Below, piece by piece: positions 9,343-15,626 of a DNA stretch of 16,827 nucleotides. The stretch covers positions 1 to 16,827 of the forward strand of contig JAOZPT010000052.1 in the NCBI GenBank assembly GCA_029932605.1. Direction: 5' to 3'. Each line of letters opens with the position of its first letter. The first letter of the stretch is position 1. The position numbers and the translations under genes are program-made. Source of the DNA: Candidatus Zixiibacteriota bacterium (lineage in GTDB: Bacteria > Zixibacteria > MSB-5A5 > UBA10806 > 4484-95). The notes under the pieces were generated by a model. The model made no database searches. It saw only the letters and a list, made by a program, of their open reading frames with translations, and was not told where the DNA came from.

Positions 9343-10605
9343 TCACTCTGAAAACGCTTGGCTGTGGAATTTTAATACCTCTCTCAAACGGTCGGCAACA
9401 AATGTAATATGGTCAGCATCCACGCCAGGATAGCCTGAATATTCGATATATTCATAATCCAGATTATAACTTTCTAATGCCTGTGCAAATACCCGGTTCT
9501 GCAGATGCATATTTGGAATAAGATCATCCGAATCGCCACAGTCAAGATAGACAGGTTTTCCCTCAAGAGCGGTATAACCACCAGTTTCCAACATCGTCAA
9601 GGGGTCGTTTGGAAGCCATAAGTTTTCCCACAGCGAGTCATTAAGCGAACCATCGATATTAAACGGTAAATCTACACCGAAGGGAAAATTCGTATCGATT
9701 ACTCGATGGAACAGCGAAGTATCAGGGTTTGAGGATGCGTGCGGCGAAAAAGCCGCTCCCATAGCAAATATCAACGATGTCAACGGCCTATCCGGGGAGG
9801 GCTCAATCGAATAAAACCAGGTTGTATCATCAGGGAGAGAATCGGGGTCAAACCCATTTTCAGCATAAATAGAATCAAAAAGAACAACAAGGCTATCAAA
9901 GGTTACCGGTGCTGACATTGAGGATACGGAACTGTAAAGGTCTGGATGTTTCATTGCCAGCGTCAAAGCTCCATATCCGCCCATCGAATGCCCGCTTATA
10001 CCGCGTTTGGAGGACGCCGTGTCAACATTGAAGTTAAAGGTTATGTAACTAATCAGTGAGTCAACGATAAAATCTTCAAAGTTGCCAGCGAATGATATCC
10101 CTAAAGAATCATCTACAGGGGAATTGACATAAAAACTTCCGCCAAAAGCATTATCGCAGTCAGGTGTAACAACAACCATCGGCACGATTTCACCGTTTGA
10201 AATCATCTCATCTAGGGTTTCTTTCAATATGAAAAGATCTTTATAGTAACTGTGGTTTCCGTTGAAGCCATGCAACAGATACAAGGTGGGCATTTCATAA
10301 CTTACGGAATCTCGAACAAGAGTGCTGTCTATTCTTACGGTGACAGATTCCTGTTCAACGGTATCATAATAAGTGCTCTCGGTGTAGGTGAACCAATATT
10401 CAGGAGAGGTATATTCTGTTGGTTCGTAAACGTAAACGTGACGCCCGGTTGCTTCTTCGGTCATACTTCCACCCTGCAAGCCGCCACTGACAAATCCCAA
10501 GATAAATCTACCGGTTGATATAGTGGGTTCAGAGGGATTTTCCCGTTCGGAGCAACCCCAAAATGTAGCGATTAAAATTAATAATATAATGCCATATCTT
10601 CTCAT
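9343..10605 (-). CDS. Alpha/beta-hydrolase esterase lipoprotein (putative esterase family, Fes/antigen 85/S-formylglutathione hydrolase-like)
   Basis: Lipoprotein signal MRRYGIILLILIATFWG-C, PTLYLLHG, nucleophile elbow GHSMGGYGA, and likely catalytic Asp (LDCGDSDDL) and His (DADH). SD GGGAGG 6 nt before the ATG. Confidence 0.87.
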   Translation of the reverse strand: MRRYGIILLILIATFWGCSERENPSEPTISTGRFILGFVSGGLQGGSMTEEATGRHVYVYEPTEYTSPEYWFTYTESTYYDTVEQESVTVRIDSTLVRDSVSYEMPTLYLLHGFNGNHSYYKDLFILKETLDEMISNGEIVPMVVVTPDCDNAFGGSFYVNSPVDDSLGISFAGNFEDFIVDSLISYITFNFNVDTASSKRGISGHSMGGYGALTLAMKHPDLYSSVSSMSAPVTFDSLVVLFDSIYAENGFDPDSLPDDTTWFYSIEPSPDRPLTSLIFAMGAAFSPHASSNPDTSLFHRVIDTNFPFGVDLPFNIDGSLNDSLWENLWLPNDPLTMLETGGYTALEGKPVYLDCGDSDDLIPNMHLQNRVFAQALESYNLDYEYIEYSGYPGVDADHITFVADRLREVLKFHSQAFSE

Positions 10606-10620
10606 TGCTATCCTCCCTGA

Positions 10621-12039
10621 TTAAAACCTGAAGGTTATGGACAGGTTGTTCGTTATGCAGTATGATTTATATGATCCAGGATAATTATCAAAATCAAGTC
10701 CCACATCGGTATCCAATATTAAATCCTTTGAGGCATAATTTACGTATTCAAAATTATAACCTAATTCCCAATCACTGATTTTTAAAGAGGTACCGATATT
10801 AGTGCCATATTTTGCCCCTATATCCGGAATCAACGGAGTCAGTGTTTCATCAGGTATAGGCGAGGGTTCATAATAAAAACCAAACCTTATGGAAAATTGA
10901 TCAGCGAAATAATGCTCTCCGCCAAAACTTAACCTGTATATATCCTCCCACTTGGTCCTGATTATCATATCCTGAGCTGATGATGTGTCCACCGGTGAAT
11001 TATTTCCCTCAAGTTTGATTATAACAGAATCAAGCCTTGACCAAAAAGTATATGAAAGATCGAATGTCAGCGTGGTTTTCTCACCCAGAGAATAAGCAAA
11101 GCCAATGCCTATGTCAACGGGCAACTTAAGATCTGCCTTGGCTTCGTTTTGCCAGCTTTCTTTCGCTATTTCTGAAAATATAAAGCCTATCGCCATAGAA
11201 TCCTCGGAAGTAGATGCCTCTTCTAGCGCCTCCTCTTCCAGGATGATATTGTTTATAGCATATAAATCCTTTTTAACATTACCATCAAACTTAATAGTTG
11301 TGCCAGTCTTTCCTGAAATTCCCAGTTGTAGCTTATCGGAAAGCTTGTAAATAACGCCGGCATTGGCTCCATAACCCCAGCCCTCACCATGAAAAACCGC
11401 ATCAATGGCAATATTTTCATGAGGACGGGGTAGAGAGGTGGGGCTCAAAATAGGTTTTCGATAATCGATCTCTCCGTTTAAAATCGACATCCCAACCCCA
11501 AGCATCAACCTATCGTCCATAAACGATTTTGCCAGCGAAGGGTGAATATCAATAACGTCCAGCTTCAGTTTATGGTCAATTATGGGATAAGGCTCGATAA
11601 TATCCTCATAGATAGGTTCAAACAGATCCCACTCACTATCAAGGTAATAAGGTACAAAAAGAGCAACGCCGAATGTTAGATTTCCCCTTGAGGGAAGCCT
11701 TAAAAAACCGGATACATTGGGAGAGAAAGTGGTCTTGTCATCCGGATAACGAACAACACCGTTTTTAAACCCTACATCATAACCACCGATGGTTACTTGG
11801 GGGTTAAACTCCGGCCGCGGGGATATAGAGGTAGACATAACGTTGAATTCCGATTTTCTAAGTTGTGCTAGGCCAGCTGGATTCCAGTAAGCTGCACTCC
11901 AGTTGTCGGCAAGACCGCGAAAGGCTCCGCCCATACCCAAGGCCTTGGAACCAACTCCGGATAAGGCAAATCCTCCGCCATAAGCACCAACGGCCACAAC
12001 AGTAACAACCAAAAACACCAATCCTACTTTTTTTACCAT
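10621..12039 (-). CDS. Outer membrane hydrophobic-compound channel, FadL/OmpP1/TodX family
   Basis: Signal peptide, then the hatch motif GGFALSGVGSKALGMGGA...AAYWNPAGL, amphipathic beta strands and a C-terminal beta signal (ITFRF). SD AGGAG (12050-12046) directly abuts the ATG at 12045, so the ATG at 12039 (6-nt spacing) is preferred. Confidence 0.9.
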   Translation of the reverse strand: MVKKVGLVFLVVTVVAVGAYGGGFALSGVGSKALGMGGAFRGLADNWSAAYWNPAGLAQLRKSEFNVMSTSISPRPEFNPQVTIGGYDVGFKNGVVRYPDDKTTFSPNVSGFLRLPSRGNLTFGVALFVPYYLDSEWDLFEPIYEDIIEPYPIIDHKLKLDVIDIHPSLAKSFMDDRLMLGVGMSILNGEIDYRKPILSPTSLPRPHENIAIDAVFHGEGWGYGANAGVIYKLSDKLQLGISGKTGTTIKFDGNVKKDLYAINNIILEEEALEEASTSEDSMAIGFIFSEIAKESWQNEAKADLKLPVDIGIGFAYSLGEKTTLTFDLSYTFWSRLDSVIIKLEGNNSPVDTSSAQDMIIRTKWEDIYRLSFGGEHYFADQFSIRFGFYYEPSPIPDETLTPLIPDIGAKYGTNIGTSLKISDWELGYNFEYVNYASKDLILDTDVGLDFDNYPGSYKSYCITNNLSITFRF

Positions 12040-12164
12040 TCCCATCTCCTGATATTAAATTGAATTATTTTTTACAATCACCATATACAAAAAACATAAG
12101 CTCTGTCAGCCAACCCCCAAGTCCCTCTCAACCAACCAGGTTTTCAAACCTGACAGTTTCGGGA

Positions 12165-12193
12165 AAATTAAACTTTTTAATCAAGCTTGGCAA
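12165..12193 (-). promoter_or_regulatory. Putative sigma70 promoter for the FadL-esterase unit
   Basis: Minus strand reads TTGCCA (12193-12188), 17 nt, TAATTT (12170-12165), implying a leader of about 120 nt. Confidence 0.55.
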
Positions 12194-12512
12194 GTTATTC
12201 TTTGCCAGCAAGAACAGAAATTAAAAAAAATAGTAATGCCTGTCAACCATAGAATTTTAATTAAAATTATTGCTTTTCGATAACATTTGATTTCATTAAT
12301 GTCCGGTAGAAATAAAAAAATGGTCTGGAAATTCTCATATTTTGGGATAGGATAGCACATAAGAAGCCAAGATTTCGTAGGAGAACCGAACCATGAGACC
12401 TATCAATGCAATATTGTCACCTTGCCAAGAAATTTTATTAACATTACAACTTTCAACAATGATATTGACCAAAAGAAACCGGGATTAAGGGAAGACCACC
12501 GATTAGGGTTTC

Positions 12513-12541
12513 TTGCTTTTACGACGATTATATGTTATATA
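12513..12541 (+). promoter_or_regulatory. Putative sigma70 promoter for asnS
   Basis: TTGCTT (12513-12518), 17 nt, TATATA (12536-12541), with an extended -10 TG at 12533-12534. Confidence 0.45.
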
Positions 12542-12567
12542 CATTGGTTAAAAAAGTGGAATAATTT

Positions 12568-13959
12568 ATGGATTATTTCAAAAAAACTAAAATTGCCCAA
12601 ATATTAAAGCAGCCGGATAAACCGGCTGATAACGTCATAGTTTTGGGCTGGATACGCACTCGGCGTGACTCGGCTAATCTGATATTCCTGGAGGTCAATG
12701 ATGGTAGTTGTTTGGCGAACCTTCAGATCGTCATCGAAAATCCGGATAACTTTGTTGACATGCAAAGAGTTCACCTTGGAACCTCAGTTCGACTGGAAGG
12801 TCCGCTAATAGCCGTCCCCGATCGCAAGCATAAAATCGAGATGCATCCGCATTCTTTAACCATTGTCGGCGACTGTCCTACCGAATATCCTCTTCAGAAA
12901 AAACGTCACTCGTTTGAATTTTTACGCGAAATAGCCCATCTTCGCCCTCGCACAAACACATTTGGCGTGATTAACCGCTTTCGAAGTAAAATCGCCTTTG
13001 CCATTCACAAGTTTTTTCAGGAAAGAGGATTTTACTATATACATTCACCAATTATCACCACTACCGATGCCGAGGGCGCTGGGGAAACATTTAAAGTTAC
13101 TGCCTTTGATCTGAAAAACCTACCGTTTATCAAGGATGAAATTGATTTTAAACAGGATTTTTTTGGCTCTGAGACTTTCTTAGCCGTTACAGGCCAGCTT
13201 GAGGCAGAACTTTTAGCCACCGCCATCGGCGATGTTTACACGTTCGGACCAACCTTCCGAGCAGAAAATTCCAACACCTCTCGTCACTTATCCGAGTTCT
13301 GGATGATTGAACCGGAGATGGCTTTCTGTGACCTTTTCGAAAATATGCGGTTGACCGGCGAATTTTTAAAATACCTTCTCAATTATGCCATTAATGAATG
13401 TCGGGAGGAAATGGAATTCTTCAACAAATGGATTAACAAGGACAGAATTAAAATTCTAAAAAGCGTTATAGACTCAAAGTTCACATACTGTCAATACACT
13501 GAAGCGGTTGAAATCTTATCTAAGGCTAAAAAAGAGTTTGAGTTCCCGGTTAAATGGGGAATGGACCTCCAGTCGGAGCATGAGCGTTATCTCTGTGAAG
13601 AATACTTTAAAGGACCAGTGATGGTCTATGACTATCCACGTCATATAAAACCATTTTATATGCGCCTTAACGATGATGAAAAGACGGTAGCAGCTGTCGA
13701 TGTTTTAGTGCCACAGGTTGGTGAGATAGTTGGTGGAAGTCAGCGCGAGGAAAGATTGGAACAATTAGAAGACCAGGTAAAATTTCACAATATTGATAAA
13801 TCAAATATCGATTGGTATTGCGATATAAGGCGCTACGGTACTGTACCTCACTCTGGATTTGGACTGGGATTTGCACGAACACTAATGTATATGTCTGGTA
13901 TGACCAATATCCGCGATGTTATCCCATTTCCGCGGACGCCCAAATCGGCAAAATTTTAG
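12568..13959 (+). CDS. asnS: Asparagine--tRNA ligase
   Basis: N-terminal OB fold (GWIRTRR...NDGS), YPLQKKRHSFEFLREIAHLRPRTN, motif 2 FRAENSNTSRHLSEFWMIEPE, GEIVGGSQRE and motif 3 PHSGFGLGFxR...IPFPR. Confidence 0.97.
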   Translation: MDYFKKTKIAQILKQPDKPADNVIVLGWIRTRRDSANLIFLEVNDGSCLANLQIVIENPDNFVDMQRVHLGTSVRLEGPLIAVPDRKHKIEMHPHSLTIVGDCPTEYPLQKKRHSFEFLREIAHLRPRTNTFGVINRFRSKIAFAIHKFFQERGFYYIHSPIITTTDAEGAGETFKVTAFDLKNLPFIKDEIDFKQDFFGSETFLAVTGQLEAELLATAIGDVYTFGPTFRAENSNTSRHLSEFWMIEPEMAFCDLFENMRLTGEFLKYLLNYAINECREEMEFFNKWINKDRIKILKSVIDSKFTYCQYTEAVEILSKAKKEFEFPVKWGMDLQSEHERYLCEEYFKGPVMVYDYPRHIKPFYMRLNDDEKTVAAVDVLVPQVGEIVGGSQREERLEQLEDQVKFHNIDKSNIDWYCDIRRYGTVPHSGFGLGFARTLMYMSGMTNIRDVIPFPRTPKSAKF

Positions 13960-13976
13960 AAATGATATCAAACTCG

Positions 13977-14005
13977 TTTACATTAACTTCAACTTTTAAT
14001 ATATT
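13977..14005 (+). promoter_or_regulatory. Putative sigma70 promoter for tRNA-Val
   Basis: TTTACA (13977-13982), 17 nt, TATATT (14000-14005), ending 11 nt before the tRNA 5' end. Confidence 0.6.
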
Positions 14006-14016
14006 AGAATTGACTC

Positions 14017-14090
14017 GGGCGGTTAACTCAGTTGGTTAGAGTACCTGCCTTACACGCAGGGTGTCACTGGTTCGAGTCCAGTACCGCCCA
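14017..14090 (+). tRNA. tRNA-Val (anticodon TAC), CCA not encoded
   Basis: Acceptor stem GGGCGGT/ACCGCCC plus discriminator A, D arm ACTC...GAGT, anticodon stem CCTGC/GCAGG with loop CTTACAC (TAC at 14051-14053), and T arm ACTGG-TTCGAGT-CCAGT. Confidence 0.97.
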
Positions 14091-14141
14091 TGTTATATTT
14101 CAGCTGCTTACAGCTATTTTTAAAAGTAAAACAAGTTTTAC

Positions 14142-14174
14142 TATGTCAATATTATGTCACAAATTGGTCATAAA
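14142..14174 (+). repeat. Three imperfect 11-bp tandem direct repeats resembling integrase arm-type sites
   Basis: TATGTCAATAT / TATGTCACAAA / TTGGTCATAAA, with GTCA cores at 14145, 14156 and 14167. Confidence 0.55.
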
Positions 14175-14256
14175 TAGTCCTATTTGATCCCGTTTTGCGT
14201 CGTTTTAAAGAGGTGGGAGGAATCGGGTTCCCTGTATGTACTATTAGGATGTAGAC

Positions 14257-14665
14257 TTATAGCAAGGAAGACAAAATAGGTGGCCTGCCTTGAGACAGTT
14301 CAACTTCAGCATCGATCGCAATCTCACTTACAAGCTGAGGATCCTCCGGCTCAGTGATATCAATAATCCTAAGTCTATCATGATCACCAAAGATAAAAGC
14401 GTAATTATCGTTTACTGCAATATTGTGGTTGTCACCCTGGATATAAAGCTTGCTTACAAATAATGGTTCTTTAATATTAGATATATCAAGTATGACTAGG
14501 CCGGGACTGAAGCAGTAATAGGCATAATTATCGCGGACTTGAACATCATAAACACCTGTCCAATACATTGAATTAACATACTCAATATCCTGAGCATATA
14601 CCGAGGCAATAAAAAATAAAACAACTATATAAACTAAAGTTTCAGCAGATAGATATTTTTTTCAT
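14257..14665 (-). pseudogene. Frameshifted, 3'-truncated secreted LVIVD-repeat (beta-propeller) protein
   Basis: LVIVD units (VQVRDNYAY...GLVILDISNIKEPLFVS; IAVNDNYAF...LRIIDITEPEDPQLVS). The frame stays open upstream through a signal peptide (KKYLSAETLVYIVVLFFIASVYA-QDIEYV), but the SD-preceded ATG at 14665 is one base out of frame and reads MKKISIC-stop. The gene ends after only two repeats. Confidence 0.8.
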
Positions 14666-14824
14666 AATTTAATCCCCCGAGTTTATTATATTATAATTCC
14701 TTACATGCCTTTATTTATCAATATCAAATTCCTAAGGTATTCTTGTACATTAAATCTGTCAGAAGAGCTAATAAAAAATGGAAAATAGGATAATTGGTTT
14801 TAAATTTAAAATTTCCGGATATAC

Positions 14825-15577
14825 TTACAGTTGTTTTATAGCTACAGTCGGGATGATATAGTTTTTATCCAGGGAGAGTTCAGGTACGATGGTTTCGGAG
14901 TTTACCAGGGCGGCATATTCAAGGTCTTGCTGGCGGCCGAGTTTGGTGAGGAAATTTCCGTGAGAGGACTGTTTGAGCATGCCCAGAATATCTCGATGGT
15001 GCTGGCGGTAAAGATACCTGGAGGTGGATGAAGCATCGTTTAAACCTATCTCACCAGAGTAGCTCTCCATAAAGATATGGATAAACATACCAGCGCAAAC
15101 CGCATCCTCAAAGGAGAATCGTCCCATTTTGGCTGCACAGAGGAGGTAAATAGTTGATGGTTGTTCGATGCTTTCCATAATTGCTTGTATATTATTAAAA
15201 CATCCAATCAATATCCGTTTGGCATTCCGAGAGGCCAATATCGCTTTGGAACAATTGGATGAACTAAATATCAAGGTTTTTCCCTCCACCTTATCTGGAG
15301 TATATTCTAAAGGAGAATTTCCCATATCGAACCCCTCAATGGGCTCGCCGTTACGCTCACCACATAATAAGACATCCTCGCGACCCAGTTTAAAAGCCAG
15401 CCTAACCGCCTGGTCGAGGTCGACCACAGGTATTATCCTGGTCGCACCCGCCTTGAAGGCTGCTACTATTGTAGTTGATCCCCTGAGAACATCGAAGACA
15501 ACAATCACATTTGCCTTACCATCGAGGCCCATTATCTCAGTGGGTGTGAAAAAAGTTAATATATCCATGGCAACCAT
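14825..15577 (-). CDS. comB: 2-phosphosulfolactate phosphatase family protein (ComB-like)
   Basis: VVFDVLRGSTT, LLCGERNG...GFDMGNSPLEY and FSFEDAVCAG. An alternative start is the ATG at 15568 (MDILTFFTP). Confidence 0.88.
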   Translation of the reverse strand: MVAMDILTFFTPTEIMGLDGKANVIVVFDVLRGSTTIVAAFKAGATRIIPVVDLDQAVRLAFKLGREDVLLCGERNGEPIEGFDMGNSPLEYTPDKVEGKTLIFSSSNCSKAILASRNAKRILIGCFNNIQAIMESIEQPSTIYLLCAAKMGRFSFEDAVCAGMFIHIFMESYSGEIGLNDASSTSRYLYRQHHRDILGMLKQSSHGNFLTKLGRQQDLEYAALVNSETIVPELSLDKNYIIPTVAIKQL

Positions 15578-15626
15578 TTCCCCCTTTAATGTTTATCGGA
15601 AAAATTTTAAGGGAGATAATTTTTTA

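Noticed and set aside
12200..12567. T-box leader upstream of asnS
   Set aside because: There is no T-box sequence (GGTGGNACC) or terminator, and the predicted promoter leaves only about 20 nt of leader.
14185..14240. GACGCAAAAC on the minus strand, resembling the c-di-GMP-I riboswitch core
   Set aside because: The GNRA-capped P2 stem and GCAAA segment are missing, and there is no downstream gene in that orientation.
14290..14302. TGAGACAGTTC as a possible IS terminal inverted repeat at the truncation point
   Set aside because: No partner repeat, target duplication or transposase is visible in the window.
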